The translations under genes and the position numbers were made by a program. Below, in pieces: positions 1-11,933 of a stretch of DNA of 64,000 nt. Source of the stretch: Schizochytrium sp. TIO01 (taxonomy: Eukaryota; Protista; Bigyra: Labyrinthulomycetes); assembly GCA_004764695.1 (NCBI GenBank), contig SMSO01000036.1, positions 1,302,001 through 1,366,000 of the forward strand, written 5' to 3'. The first letter of the stretch is position 1, and each line of letters opens with the position of its first letter. The notes below the pieces were generated by a model. The model was not told the origin of the DNA, made no database searches, and saw only the letters and a list, made by a program, of their open reading frames with translations.

Positions 1-87
1 TTCCAAGTTTCTACTGTGCCTTCACATTTTCAAATAATGAACTAACGAACCCAGTAGATCAGATAATTTCAAGACAAGTTTGCTTCC

Positions 88-1476
88 CTAGAGACAGCAA
101 TTTGTCCCTCTCGTTACCTGGGGTAGCGCAAAGTGAGTTCCAACACCAGCTACCATGCAAAGAAACGCGCAAATGAAGAGAGCTACCGATTGCGAGTGAG
201 CAAAGAGAAGCTGGCCTATAAATGGACTCAGCAATCCACCAATCCGAGCAAATGCAGTTACCACACCAACACCGAACGCGCGGTGTTGCGAGGCAAAAAA
301 CGAGGAACTGTAAATCCAAAGACTTTGGTTAAAGCCGAGGGCCGATGCTCTAGCACCGAAAAGTAGAGCTGTGGCTATCCTGGTATCAACTTGATCTTTA
401 CTTACTGCAAGGGTGCTCATCACGAGACAGAAAAAGGCACAACTAGCAAACATAATTGCGACAGAACTTCTTGACCCTAGCTTTCGAACACATCCTAGAG
501 CAGCAAAGAGTCCAGGAAGCTCTGCAGCATTTACAATAAGGATCTGTAGGTAAGTGTTATTCTGCAGCCTTCCGCTGGATTCTGGCCACAGATAAACAAG
601 GCTAAGTTCCACTAGTGCATAATACACAACAGCCATGATTGCAAAGAGACTACACAAAGCAGATACTGCTTTAAGGCTTGTTGCCTGTGGTAAGTATAGT
701 CTAGGAGGCTCTGCGACTGTATCAGTTTCATCCACGTGTAATAGTTCAAGATCTTCATAGTGTTGCTCGTGTGGTGACTTCGGAGAACTCTTGTTCATAG
801 AAGTCATTTGAGACAATACAGTTCGCGCCTGCATTTTACGGTTGCGGGTGGCAAGAAATACTGGACTTTCTGGCAAGCACCAAGTCAAAGTCGCAACACA
901 CAAACTGGGTAAGCATGCAAGTTGCAGAAACATTCGCCAGCTCTGGGCTCCTGCCAAAGTCGCCCATGCAAGCCCGGCGCATGCGACACTTCCAATCGAG
1001 AAGAAAAGAAAAAACCAAATTAGCCAAGATTCCCGGCGACTCCGAGGCAAGACCTCAGAAAACCAAGCTAAGGCGCAGCTAGCACCGCCCAGCCCACATC
1101 CAACAAAGAAGCGTGCCACATAGAGCTGCAAGTGGCTTGAAACTAAAGAGCTTGCAAATCCTGCTACCCCAACTAGAAGACTTGTGCCAAATGTGCCATT
1201 TCGTCGTCCGTAATTATCAGCGACCCATCCCCAAGATGGAGCGCCAATAAGCATACCTGCAAAGACACAGAAACTAAGCATCCAGGTAGACTCCAAATGC
1301 ATTGGTGAGTGTTCGGGCTCTTCAATTGATAGCGCGCCGGCAAGGAGCGGTAACAAAATAAGCTCCATTGCATCTGAAAATTGAGTCCCTCCACAGATCA
1401 TTAACATGATATACTGAAATTTCCCAACGCCTACTTCACGCTCTAAAACTTGTTCTACCCATTCTGTATTTGACAT
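88..1476 (-). CDS. MFS transporter, SV2/SVOP-like sugar/organic-cation family
   Basis: 462-aa ORF with ~12 hydrophobic segments. Motifs: DAME in TM1, GWVADNYGRR (MFS motif A), ARFFVGCGLGG, SEVLP..RR, WR...LPESP, RAFGVG...ARIGGLLSPFI. Confidence 0.9.
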   Translation of the reverse strand: MSNTEWVEQVLEREVGVGKFQYIMLMICGGTQFSDAMELILLPLLAGALSIEEPEHSPMHLESTWMLSFCVFAGMLIGAPSWGWVADNYGRRNGTFGTSLLVGVAGFASSLVSSHLQLYVARFFVGCGLGGASCALAWFSEVLPRSRRESWLIWFFLFFSIGSVACAGLAWATLAGAQSWRMFLQLACLPSLCVATLTWCLPESPVFLATRNRKMQARTVLSQMTSMNKSSPKSPHEQHYEDLELLHVDETDTVAEPPRLYLPQATSLKAVSALCSLFAIMAVVYYALVELSLVYLWPESSGRLQNNTYLQILIVNAAELPGLFAALGCVRKLGSRSSVAIMFASCAFFCLVMSTLAVSKDQVDTRIATALLFGARASALGFNQSLWIYSSSFFASQHRAFGVGVVTAFARIGGLLSPFIGQLLFAHSQSVALFICAFLCMVAGVGTHFALPQVTRGTNCCL

Positions 1477-2262
1477 ACTTATATTGGTCTCAAGCTTCCC
1501 TGATCCGGATGCGTACTTTTATAGCGTGACTACACCACTGTTGCCCGTCACAGATACAGTGCACTGCTAAAAGCGGGCTCCCTGGCCCAATCAAGTTGTC
1601 GGCAGTAACGTTGGCGTCAACTCTACCCCGGCTAAATAAACACCGTTGTCTCAAAATGCTCCCTTCCGACGGTAAATTCTACGAGCGCGAGTCTGGAGTA
1701 TAGGAGACACGACTGCTGATCTCGAAGCTTGTCTCGTGACTGGTTTTCGACCCTGCGTACTCCCAAGAACTTTTGATACTGGGCCTTCGTTCGTTGTAGT
1801 AAAAGTACCTAGCTAGGTGTTTACGGACTCACTATCTAATGGTATATAGCACTAATCTTAGACAAAAGCTTAGTCTTCCTCTTCACCTTTGACTATTAAA
1901 AACTTAGGTCGACGCAATGCACACGAAAGAACTAAGCCCCTCATACATTGTTCTACTTCACATACTACAGATATTTTGAGGTCAATCGGAAACCTTAGGA
2001 GATATATTCAGCTCCACAACCTTCATTTGGCGTGCCAAAGAACATGGCAAACTATAAAAGTTGCGCACAAAAATGATGTGGTTTTTAGCGGTTGGTTAAG
2101 ATTCAATGTACCAGGTACCAGAGATGGCGGGCTAAAGTTGATCTTTTATTATTCTTGCAATAAAAATTAGAAGAAGAATAGAATAGGTAATTCGTCTAGC
2201 AATCAAATATTTTGTACTATACTAAGTATGATGATATTACATTACAAAAGGCTAAGAAAAAA

Positions 2263-2922
2263 CTACAAGACAGCAATGCTTGCGTCTTGAGAACCTTCGT
2301 AAACAAGGGGGCGTTCATTAGGATGCTGCGAATGAGGCACTTGGGGTTCTTGGTGTTGAAGAATGGGCTGAAGCTCTGGCATTATTCCTTCCGCTGTTGG
2401 TTTAAACCAACGAGGAAGACTCATGGTATAAGGTAGGATTGCCATGCAACCGGACAGCAATGCAAGCGCCAATGAGAGATGCTGCACAGTCATATCTAGA
2501 GATAGTTGATGAACCAGAAAAACCAATAAAGTATTTGCAAGGGTCAGGTTTTTTATTAACTTCATTTTGTTTGCAAAATCAAGACCTTGCTCATACCGTT
2601 GGGCATCCGGTAGTAGACGGTTCTGCTGATGATAAACTTCGATTTCTGCTGCTTCTGGTGATGTCTCGACAGTAATCGATTTATACCATAGTTCTTTGTT
2701 CTCACTACGCATCGATAGATGTGCCCAAACCACGTATGATACAGTCAGGAAACACATAAAAAGGCATATGCTCGAGGATACCACATTGATAGTCCCGATC
2801 GTAGAACTAGACCTGCGGTGGTTATTATCCTGTACGTCAGCCATCCACCTGGTAATGAGTGCGGCAATTCCACTGCATAGATAAAGTGCAAGAAGAAAAC
2901 CTTGAGCAAGGGTGGCGAGCAT
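2263..2922 (-). CDS. Hypothetical membrane protein (~219 aa, ~4 TM segments)
   Basis: Open frame from the first ATG at 2922 (the track starts at an upstream TTG), with four hydrophobic stretches and a polar tail. No family recognised. Confidence 0.55.
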   Translation of the reverse strand: MLATLAQGFLLALYLCSGIAALITRWMADVQDNNHRRSSSTIGTINVVSSSICLFMCFLTVSYVVWAHLSMRSENKELWYKSITVETSPEAAEIEVYHQQNRLLPDAQRYEQGLDFANKMKLIKNLTLANTLLVFLVHQLSLDMTVQHLSLALALLSGCMAILPYTMSLPRWFKPTAEGIMPELQPILQHQEPQVPHSQHPNERPLVYEGSQDASIAVL

Positions 2923-4200
2923 GTTTTTACCACGATTGACGACAGACACCTTACAAACGGACAAGCGAAGTCAACCTGTTATTCTTTCTTCCCTGCCAGA
3001 ATTGCAGCGAATGCTTACACGACGCAGCTAAATCACGTATTTATCAAAATATCCTCAGCCAAAAGGATTGGGATATGAGATCTCACGATTATAACGCTTG
3101 CCTTTCTTGTTATTTGTAAAAATCTCGTCTTGCGAACTGACCGTCACGTCACGTAGTAGGCTTTTCCCCCTGCTGTTTGCCGACGAATCCAAAGCTCGTC
3201 AACTAGCTACCCGAGTTTTGACTTGTGCTACGCTTGAATCTCTTGATTTCAAAAAAGCAAACACTGTTGAGCTCCTCTCCGGCCACACGTGCGATGTCGA
3301 TCGATTCCAGGTTTGCTCCGCCTCAGCAAATCCTGATCCTCAAGATGATTTTTTCATTATTTGTTAATTAAAAAAAAGAGATACCACCTAGTATGTACTA
3401 TGTATAACTTATCATGTAATAAGTACTTACAAAAAATGACAGAATAGCAGAGTTAACAAACTAAAACAAGAAACACACCGACACCTCACCAAGACTATCG
3501 CCAACTACTAGTCCTGCGTATCAACAAACCCGTACCACAATCTCAACCCTCAAAAGTAGAATATCTTCTACACCATTATGCCCCACACAAAATTGAGCGT
3601 GAAGTCTCCAACTTCTTGAAGTCGCAAAGAATTTCCCAAGTTCTCAGAGGGGCACTAGAACTCCTTTATCAATGCCTAATGTCCCATCCTGTTCTCTTTG
3701 AAGCTCCCCAAAGAGGCCTAATATTGCAGCTTGGCAGATATGAGTTCCAATTGCTCCATGCCATTTGGAACACTAAGAGGCCCAATAGGGGGGCAGTTAG
3801 GAATTATTAGTGTGATGGGGGCGATGCGGCCGCGTGCGAATTTGCGGAGATGAGGCGAAGAAGCCAAACAGATAGACAACCAGTCGCTGGAGGCCGCGGT
3901 CCCGGTGGCGTGGAGCATCCTTGAGAGCGGCGCGGCTGTTGGAGCTGCGCGGGAAATACATAAGGGAGGTCCGTGGATTTCCCAAAGCGGTTTCATCCGG
4001 AGGTTCGACGGCGGTCGCGTGTAAGCGACGGCTGAGTAGGTCGAGGGACTTTTCTGTCTCTTGTGTTCTTTCCCTTCTCATAATAGAGTTCGAGTCTCTC
4101 TATCTTTGGAGAGATTTTCGTTTATCCAATTCGATAAATTTCGAGGACATCAATCTCGATTCTTGGTGAAGGATCGCGAGGCTAATTTAGATTTGGAAAA

Positions 4201-6078
4201 ATGGCACCCAAGAAGGATAAGGACGAGCGTCTGACTCGTGTGGCTATTGTGGAGTCTGAGAAGTGCAAACCCAAGAAGTGCCAGCAAGAATGTAAGAGCT
4301 TCTGCCCTGTAAACCGCATGGGCAAGGCCTGCATTGAGGTGGTGCCCACCTCAAAGGTTGCCAACCTCTCCGAGGTTCTCTGCATTGGTTGTGGTATCTG
4401 TGTGAAGCGCTGTCCGTTTAAGGCAATTCAGATCATCAACCTCCCCAAGAACCTTGAGAAGGAGACTACTCACCGTTACGGCCCCAACTCCTTCAAGCTC
4501 CACCGTCTCCCCATGCCCCGCCCTAGCCAGGTCTTGGGCCTTGTCGGCACCAACGGCATTGGCAAGTCAACCGCGGTTAAGATTCTCGCTGGTAAGCTCA
4601 AGCCCAACCTTGGCCGCTTTGATAACCCCCCTGACTGGGAGGAAATCCTCCTCATGTACCGTGGTAGTGAATTGCAAAACTATTTCACCAAAATTCTTCA
4701 GGATGACCTCAAGGCCATCGTCAAGATTCAGTGGGTTGATAAGATCAGCGCTGTGGCCAAGGGTAAGGTCAGCACCCTCCTCAAGTCCAAGGCGGACCGT
4801 GGTGAGGAGGTCATGAACGAGCTCACCACGATTCTTGATCTTAACCACGTGCTTGACCGTAACGTTGATGTTCTTTCCGGTGGTGAGTTGCAGCGTTTCG
4901 CCATCGCCATTGTCTGTGTGCAGCGTGCCGATGCTTACCTCATTGACGAGCCGTCCAGTTACCTCGATATTCGCCAGCGTCTTAACGCTGCCCGTACGAT
5001 TCGCTCCCTCACCGACGTCGGTGAAAGCACCTTCGTCACTGTTATTGAGCACGATCTTGCCATTCTTGACTACATGAGTGACTTTATCTGCTGCCTTTAC
5101 GGTACCCCAGGTGCCTACGGTGTGGTTACCATGCCCTTCAACGTGCGTGATGGTATTAACATCTTCCTTGCTGGTTTCCTCCCCACCGAGAACCTTCGAT
5201 TCCGCGACTCTGCTCTCTCCTTCAAGGTTGCCCAGGGTCTTGACGAGCGTGAGATTGGTTACGAGAAGGACGATATGACTCACCAATACCGTTCCATGAG
5301 CAAGACTCTGTACAACAAGAAGACTGGCGAGCAGATCTTTAAGCTCCATGTCAACTCTGGTGGCTTCAGCGAGTCCCAGATTATTGTTCTCCTTGGTGAG
5401 AACGGTTGTGGTAAGACCACCCTTGTGCGTATGATTGCAGGCCTCTTGAAGCCTGATGGTGAGGATGAGGAGACCGAGGATCCTGCCGTCCCTCAGCTTG
5501 CTATCTCATACAAACCGCAGAAGATTAGCCCCAAGCTTAACGTTCCAGTCCGTGCCTTGCTCATGAAGAAAATCAAGGCCGCTTTTGGTCACCCGACCTT
5601 CCAGACCGAGGTCGTCAAGCCCATGATGATCGAGGAGCTTCTTGACCAGCCCCTCCAGCAGCTCTCTGGTGGTGAGCTCCAGCGTGTTGCCATCGTGCTT
5701 GCTCTCGGTACTCCCGGTAATGTCTACCTCATTGACGAGCCGTCCGCCTACCTCGACTCTTCACAGCGTATTGTTGCTGCCAAGGTTATCAGAAGATTTG
5801 TCATTAGCTCTAAGCGCTCTGCTTTTATTGTTGAGCACGATTTCGTCATGTCTACTTACCTTGCCGATCGTGTCATCGTCTACGAGGGTACCCCGGGTGT
5901 TGAGTGCACTGCCTCTGCCCCCAAGTCTCTCCTTGAGGGTATGAACCAGTTCCTCAAGCAGCTCGATATCACCTTCCGCCGTGATGACGAGTCCCACCGC
6001 CCGCGTATTAACAAGGGTGGCTCTCAGATGGATGTTTCCCAGAAGAAGTCTGGCACCTACTTCCACATCTCTGATTAA
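4201..6078 (+). CDS. ABCE1: ABCE1/RLI1 ribosome-recycling ATPase
   Basis: N-terminal Fe-S motifs ([26 protein letters not shown]). Two NBDs with GTNGIGKST and GENGCGKTT, two LSGGELQR signatures, C-terminal RPRINK. Strong C/T-ending codon bias. Confidence 0.98.
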   Translation: MAPKKDKDERLTRVAIVESEKCKPKKCQQECKSFCPVNRMGKACIEVVPTSKVANLSEVLCIGCGICVKRCPFKAIQIINLPKNLEKETTHRYGPNSFKLHRLPMPRPSQVLGLVGTNGIGKSTAVKILAGKLKPNLGRFDNPPDWEEILLMYRGSELQNYFTKILQDDLKAIVKIQWVDKISAVAKGKVSTLLKSKADRGEEVMNELTTILDLNHVLDRNVDVLSGGELQRFAIAIVCVQRADAYLIDEPSSYLDIRQRLNAARTIRSLTDVGESTFVTVIEHDLAILDYMSDFICCLYGTPGAYGVVTMPFNVRDGINIFLAGFLPTENLRFRDSALSFKVAQGLDEREIGYEKDDMTHQYRSMSKTLYNKKTGEQIFKLHVNSGGFSESQIIVLLGENGCGKTTLVRMIAGLLKPDGEDEETEDPAVPQLAISYKPQKISPKLNVPVRALLMKKIKAAFGHPTFQTEVVKPMMIEELLDQPLQQLSGGELQRVAIVLALGTPGNVYLIDEPSAYLDSSQRIVAAKVIRRFVISSKRSAFIVEHDFVMSTYLADRVIVYEGTPGVECTASAPKSLLEGMNQFLKQLDITFRRDDESHRPRINKGGSQMDVSQKKSGTYFHISD

Positions 6079-7493
6079 GTGTGTGTTCTCTGTGTTAAAC
6101 ATCCGAACACCTTCGCTGCAGGTCCAAGAGTTTACACGATCGCAATAAATTATGGTAGTTGCGTTCGTTAATGAGTAGGCAACCCTGCTTACAAATAAAT
6201 TCGCGTTATGCTTGCCTTGCTCATTTAACCTTTCTGCGGCAAACCCGTCTCTTCTCGTTACTTTACAAAGACTATTTCCTTACCCATACAAGAAGAACAA
6301 GTACAAGTACAAGAACCACAAGTCCTCCTCCTCATCCTCTGTTATTCCTTTGCATGCAAACCCTCACTGTCAGTACGACGGCAAGCGATGATGAGTACTA
6401 TTATTCTTGCAATTTTAGCATCACAGGATCTTGTCGTCTCCATCCTTGTGGGCGATGGATGAAGAACTAACTACTTTGGATGGGCATTGAGTCATGTCAC
6501 GATGAACCATTTTCGACTAGCATACATAACCACCGCTCTCGCACTCCTCTCGCGTTGTCTCTTGTTCACCTACTCACTTCTCCTCATAGCCATCTTCTTT
6601 TGAGTTGGCTCAGGCCCAGTCTTGTTACTTGTCTTGATATTTTACATCGCCCAACTATTGTTAGCTTTCTTGCCCCTTATCTTGCTGAGGTTTCCAAGCA
6701 TAGTCTTATTCTTCATTACATGCAAACTCTTCTTCAAGTTATTCAACCTGCTGTAAACAGAATCGAAGGCCGCCCTTCTATGACAAATGACTTGTGCCTT
6801 CACGAAGATGACTAGCGGACCAACCTTACATGTATGCATGAAAGGGTTGGTCGTACAGTCTAAATATTTTAGCTGTTTGTGTGAACTCAAACAGGGCTTT
6901 CGTTGATAATTTCTAACGTAGATGCGCAATAATCTAGCTAGAACTCCGTCGTGCAATACCTTAAGCAAGCTTAAATTTATGCGATTATATCACTTAAATG
7001 CCCTACTTGTAAATTTTAACTCCAATTCCTCCTTGCCTAAACCTCAATTTTAATCCTATTCTACCGGAGACTGTCGCAAATAACAAGATATAGGCCCATG
7101 CTTTTTTTCGCGAGGTAGAGAGATCAATTGGGTTGCTTCTTTGTTTGTTTAGTCGCAGGAAAAAGAAAGAAAAAGAGACCATATAGTTTCAGGTAAGTGG
7201 GTACTGTAGTTGAGCAGATGAATGAAAAAAAAAAAAAAGGAAAAAAAAAGAGAAAAAATAATTAATCGATATGAATGAATGAGTGAATGAAGATTGAATG
7301 AAAAAATGATTTTGATGATCGCAAATAATCTCCCAACGTCGCTGCTCCTGGCGGGCTTCTGAGCTGCGCTTGGATCACAAACTCAGTCTCACTGGCTGAG
7401 GACGCGCTGGAGCTGCTCAGGTACCTCTAGGACAGCGCCTCGTAAAGGCGCGCAGGCAACACAGACGGGAAGGCCCGTCTACGGATAGCAAAC

Positions 7494-10400
7494 ATGTTTG
7501 CCTGTCTGCGCGAGCTTAGCGCCTCTGGTGTCATCGATGCCTGCGTTGAGGCTAGGTTCACACGCAGTGACAGGCCACAGCTTGTTGTGGGCCGTGGTCG
7601 GGAGCTTCAAGTATTTGACATACTCGACGACGCCTCTGAAGACGGTCTTAACAACGCCAACAACAACAACAACAACAATTCCTCCAATGCAAACTCCACA
7701 AACGCTAGTGCAAGCTCCATGGAGCCTTGCTTGCAGATGTGTGGTAACTTTGAACTCTTTGGACGTTTGGAGAGCTTGAATGCGGTGTCAAGTGGTAAAC
7801 CTGGCGACCTAGACCTTCTACTGCTTACATTCGGCTCCGGAAGGGCAAGCCTTGTGGGCTGGAGCGCAGATCTTGGTCCACATAAACTTCGGACTGTAGC
7901 GCTGTATAACTTTGAAGGCGAAGCTCTCGGGTCAAACTTGCGGGCAGACTCACCTGGAAATTTTAGAATTCATGGCTACGGAGGCAAAGCGTATGCGGAA
8001 GTGGACCCTTTCAAGAGGTGCGCCGTCATGTACCTTAATGGTTTTCAAATCGCAGTCATGCCGTTTCAGACTCTCAAGCTCTGGATGAGCGCTGAGAAGA
8101 GCGATCTGCAAGAAGACATGCTTGCAGAGGAAGAAGCCACAACGGTGCGACTTGCCAGAGCTGTACGGCATGTTGCAATTGATGCGGATGATGTCTGGGA
8201 AATGCCTCCTGGATGCTTTCTGATCGATCTTGTGAGACTTGGAATTCCGTGCGGGTCGGTACTCCACATGACATTCTTGCAGGACCAAAGAGGCCTTCCA
8301 GTTCTAGCAATCTTACATGCAGGGCCTGTGCGATCGGGAACGGGTCGTCTTGTGGTCTCGAGATGGACTACGCAACTTACAGCAATAACCATCAGCAAAG
8401 AGGATGTCAGTGTGGTATGGAATGTTAAGAGACTACCACATGATGCACTTGCGGTCGTTCCCACATCGACGGGTGATGCTCTTGTGCTCTCACAAAATGC
8501 TATTCATCATATCGTTGGAGGATCGGTAAAGCGAGCTCTTGAACTAAACGGTTTCGCAAGAACTACTGCAGACACAGAACTCGTCGCAAGTGATCGCGCC
8601 CCTTCAGAAATTTCACTGGATGGCGTGCGCTATACGTGGCTTGATAACCATCGTTTACTCATGTCACTTCGATACGGCCAGCTGGTTGTGCTTGATGTTG
8701 GCCCCGACTCCCTCACGATGCCATACCGTGCTCTTGCGAACCAGTGCTCGTGCATGTGTCTCCTTGGACAAAAGTATATTTTCCTAGGCTCGCGTGTTTC
8801 TGACTCCGTATTGCTTTCTTTTCGGCTGTTCCTCAAAACTCGTGCCGAGGGCGCGATGCTTGGCTCACTTTTTGACGATCCAGAAGAACGTGAGCTTTAT
8901 GAAGCTGTTGGGAACTCGCAGCAGGCTGAAAATGGCGAGCCAGGCCCTTTGGCACCACTCTCCTCTTCAACAGAGAACCCTGCTTTGGCTGACCCGCAAC
9001 ACTATCTTGGCACTGGCATCGACGAGTCACAAGCTGTGCCGTATCAAGGCTTTACTGCTCTTCGGCTTCGCGTCGTTGACGCGCTTCCTGTCGCTGGTCC
9101 TGTGGGAGGACTCACAGTGTCCGAAATCCGCGCCGATGATGTAGAAGTCCGTCGTGCTAAAGAGGTTGCTGAAAAGTTGCAATTGGAAAGCAAACACTCG
9201 AAGGCTGCCTGGATGCTCAAAGAAGCCAACGAGGCGGAGAAGGAACGGCGCAAGCCGAAGGAAATTCTGATCACTGCAGGTCGTGGTCGTGATGGTGGGG
9301 TCCGCGTTCTCTGCCCCGGCTTACGTCTGGATGCACACGAAGACCTACTTAAAGAAATCCAACTTGAAGAACCAAGCCAAAACATGTTCACCTTTGAACT
9401 TCGCGATGATCGTGCCGAGACTATCGTCTTGACTAGTACTGCAACGCACAACTTGAAAGGGTTTCGCTGCCTTGGTGACAATCGGACGTTCACTACCGAA
9501 CCTCTTACAGATTCCGACACAGAGCCCTTCGAGTCCTCTAAGCAGGCAACTGTTCTCGTAGCGGTGCACAACGATTGGGTTGTTCGTGCAACCTCGGATG
9601 GACTATATGTTCATGAGCGGAAGCTTCCACTCACTCAACTAGCCTCTCAACTAGTTTCTCTGAGAGCAGCGTACAGCTGTGAAGATCACGTTCTTGCTGT
9701 TACCCGCGACCGGCAACCCTTAATCTTTCATATTGAGCGTCGGGGGGATTCTACTACTATTACCAATGTTGATATTGATTTCACGGAGGGTGACAGTGAC
9801 GAAGCCCCTGTGGTTTCTGGTTTCGTTTATCGTGATGCTGACACGCAACACCTAATGTGTGCGCTTGTACGTGGCGGTGTCTCTGAAAAGGGCGCAGGTG
9901 CTTTCGAATTATTCGATATCACCAACAAGTCACTTAAGTTTCGCTCGAGTCATGCACTGGCAGTCGGTGAGTCCACCGTAGAAAACGTTAGCCCATCAAC
10001 GCCCCTTGAGCCTCATCAGGGTGTTCTTGCGCGGCTCAAGGTGAGTAGTGTTTGTGTTGCCCGCGTTGGTCGTGTTGACGCCGATCAGCACTCCGCCTCG
10101 CATAAGGTCCCCCCCGTGCTCTGTCTAGCACTTGCCCTTCTTAATGGCGACTTGTTGCTCTATCGCATATATGGGGACTGGGAGCGTTTGCACCGCGTGC
10201 AGCATGACGTTGTTACACGTCTTGATCGTAATATCTCACAGCGATCGCGCCAGCAGCAGCAACAGCAACAACAGCAGCAGCAGCAACAGCAGCAGCAGAA
10301 GGACGATGAAGATGAAGAGATGGAAACCGAGCAACCTGCTGATAATGCAGCCAACGAGCATGGTGTAGAGGTTGGAGAGAAACGTGAACGTGTTGATGCT

Positions 10401-11933
10401 ATGGAAACAGCAGGTCTGAAGGCTCGTAGGACACTTCGCCGGTCTAACCTTCGATTGATTCCGTTTGACTATCTTAATGGTTTTTGTGGGATGATCATGT
10501 TTTCTAGTCTAGGCACAAGTGCCTGTGTAATTGGAGCACGTGGTTCTATTTCAGCTGTTCGGATTGACACAGATGCATATCTGGTCCATAGCATGGCCGT
10601 GAATCGTGGTCGATTGCTCATGCTCGCCTCAACGAAGGGGTCTGTGCGTGGCGCTGGCGCTGATAGTCTTCCTCGTTTTATGGCGTATGCAGGGTTTAAG
10701 CTTCTTCGGCACATGCGCCTTGACCATGGTGGCAGTGTACCTATGGTGGAGGTCCCGCTGCAAGCTTCGGTATCTAAGGTAGAATACGACAGGCGCTCAC
10801 GTGCACACTTTTTGCTCTGTCACGAGGACGACCCTAGTGAAGAGACTCATTTGGCTGTCCGCTCGCGATCATCTATCCGTCTTCTCTGTGCAGACACCCT
10901 TCGTGTTCTGGACCAATACACTTTGCAGCGTTTTGAGAAGGGCATCAATGCCACGAATGTGACAATTGATATCTCCGCACAAAACGCGACGTTTCGCAAG
11001 AATGTGGAATTCTGTGCTGTTGGAACTGGATTTGTTGGACCTGATGGTGAAGATGCGGGTTGTAAGGGCCGTGTGCTTGTATTTGAGGTTGAAAAGAAGC
11101 GCATCAAACTGTGGAACAAGATTGAAAGTCGCCATATTCGCGGGCCTGTAACCTCTGTGTGTAGTGTGGACGGCCACTTAGTCTGCTCATTTGGATCTTC
11201 CCCGTGTAGTTTGCGTATCTTTTATTATGACCCCAACCAGTCTGCATTTGTAGCCCGATCGTTCATTGATACTCCATTTTCTGCCATTGCACTGAAAAAC
11301 ATCAAGAATTATCTTGTCGTGGGTGATTTGATCAAGTCTGTACAGTTTATTCATTGGCACACTCAGGAGCGTGAATTTCGCCCCCTTGCAAAGGATACTC
11401 AGCTCATGCAAACATATGCAGCTGATTTTGTGCAACTAGAGCGTCAGCTTGGTATCCTCGCCACGGATAACAATGGCAATATTCACATCAAACAATTTAA
11501 CAACAAGAGGTTTTTGACTCAACGAGGTGAGATCAACGTTGGTGCACCAGTAAACCATATTGTACGGCTGCAAGTTACGCCGGATCACTCGGTGGGCCTG
11601 TATGGTACTCTCGATGGTACTATGGGAGCAGTAATCCCTTGTCAAGAACCGAAATTCCGACGTTTATTGGCCTTGCAAGCTGCAATGTCAACATCTGCGC
11701 TTGTGCCTCGAAATGCTGGTTTGAACCCTCGCGCATTTCGTCTGGCTGTGTATGATGAACCTCTCCGTCGCCAACGCTCGCGTAACATTTGTGATGGCGC
11801 TTTGCTGTACAAGTTCCCTATGTTAGATGCACTTGCACAGCGTCAACTTGCTCGTCTTATCGGTACAACCCCGGAAACTATTCTGCAAGATCTGTTTGAG
11901 ATTGATCGTGATCTTTTTTCCTGTGCTCTTTAA
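7494..11933 (+). CDS. CPSF1: Cleavage and polyadenylation specificity factor subunit 1 (CPSF160)
   Basis: 1479 aa. Matches include VDPFKRCAVM, LPHDA..VVP, IFLGSRVSDSVLL, GRGRDGGV.VL, AVGTG..GED..CKGRVLVFEV, KNYLVVGDLIKSV, AGLNPRAFR, NICDGALL and IGTTPETILQDL, typical of the CPSF_A/MMS1 triple propeller. Confidence 0.93.
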   Translation: MFACLRELSASGVIDACVEARFTRSDRPQLVVGRGRELQVFDILDDASEDGLNNANNNNNNNSSNANSTNASASSMEPCLQMCGNFELFGRLESLNAVSSGKPGDLDLLLLTFGSGRASLVGWSADLGPHKLRTVALYNFEGEALGSNLRADSPGNFRIHGYGGKAYAEVDPFKRCAVMYLNGFQIAVMPFQTLKLWMSAEKSDLQEDMLAEEEATTVRLARAVRHVAIDADDVWEMPPGCFLIDLVRLGIPCGSVLHMTFLQDQRGLPVLAILHAGPVRSGTGRLVVSRWTTQLTAITISKEDVSVVWNVKRLPHDALAVVPTSTGDALVLSQNAIHHIVGGSVKRALELNGFARTTADTELVASDRAPSEISLDGVRYTWLDNHRLLMSLRYGQLVVLDVGPDSLTMPYRALANQCSCMCLLGQKYIFLGSRVSDSVLLSFRLFLKTRAEGAMLGSLFDDPEERELYEAVGNSQQAENGEPGPLAPLSSSTENPALADPQHYLGTGIDESQAVPYQGFTALRLRVVDALPVAGPVGGLTVSEIRADDVEVRRAKEVAEKLQLESKHSKAAWMLKEANEAEKERRKPKEILITAGRGRDGGVRVLCPGLRLDAHEDLLKEIQLEEPSQNMFTFELRDDRAETIVLTSTATHNLKGFRCLGDNRTFTTEPLTDSDTEPFESSKQATVLVAVHNDWVVRATSDGLYVHERKLPLTQLASQLVSLRAAYSCEDHVLAVTRDRQPLIFHIERRGDSTTITNVDIDFTEGDSDEAPVVSGFVYRDADTQHLMCALVRGGVSEKGAGAFELFDITNKSLKFRSSHALAVGESTVENVSPSTPLEPHQGVLARLKVSSVCVARVGRVDADQHSASHKVPPVLCLALALLNGDLLLYRIYGDWERLHRVQHDVVTRLDRNISQRSRQQQQQQQQQQQQQQQQKDDEDEEMETEQPADNAANEHGVEVGEKRERVDAMETAGLKARRTLRRSNLRLIPFDYLNGFCGMIMFSSLGTSACVIGARGSISAVRIDTDAYLVHSMAVNRGRLLMLASTKGSVRGAGADSLPRFMAYAGFKLLRHMRLDHGGSVPMVEVPLQASVSKVEYDRRSRAHFLLCHEDDPSEETHLAVRSRSSIRLLCADTLRVLDQYTLQRFEKGINATNVTIDISAQNATFRKNVEFCAVGTGFVGPDGEDAGCKGRVLVFEVEKKRIKLWNKIESRHIRGPVTSVCSVDGHLVCSFGSSPCSLRIFYYDPNQSAFVARSFIDTPFSAIALKNIKNYLVVGDLIKSVQFIHWHTQEREFRPLAKDTQLMQTYAADFVQLERQLGILATDNNGNIHIKQFNNKRFLTQRGEINVGAPVNHIVRLQVTPDHSVGLYGTLDGTMGAVIPCQEPKFRRLLALQAAMSTSALVPRNAGLNPRAFRLAVYDEPLRRQRSRNICDGALLYKFPMLDALAQRQLARLIGTTPETILQDLFEIDRDLFSCAL
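7659..7679 (+). repeat. (AAC)n coding microsatellite giving poly-Asn in CPSF1
   Basis: aac aac aac aac aac aac aat, in frame. Confidence 0.85.
10251..10298 (+). repeat. (CAG/CAA)n coding repeat giving poly-Gln (16 Q) in CPSF1
   Basis: cagcagcagcaacagcaacaacagcag..., in frame. Confidence 0.9.

Noticed and set aside
4567-5349. 260-aa antisense ORF in ABCE1, and similar shadow ORFs in SRPRA, the WD40 gene (54981-55721) and CPSF1
   Set aside because: Explained by codon bias of the real genes; no recognisable motifs.
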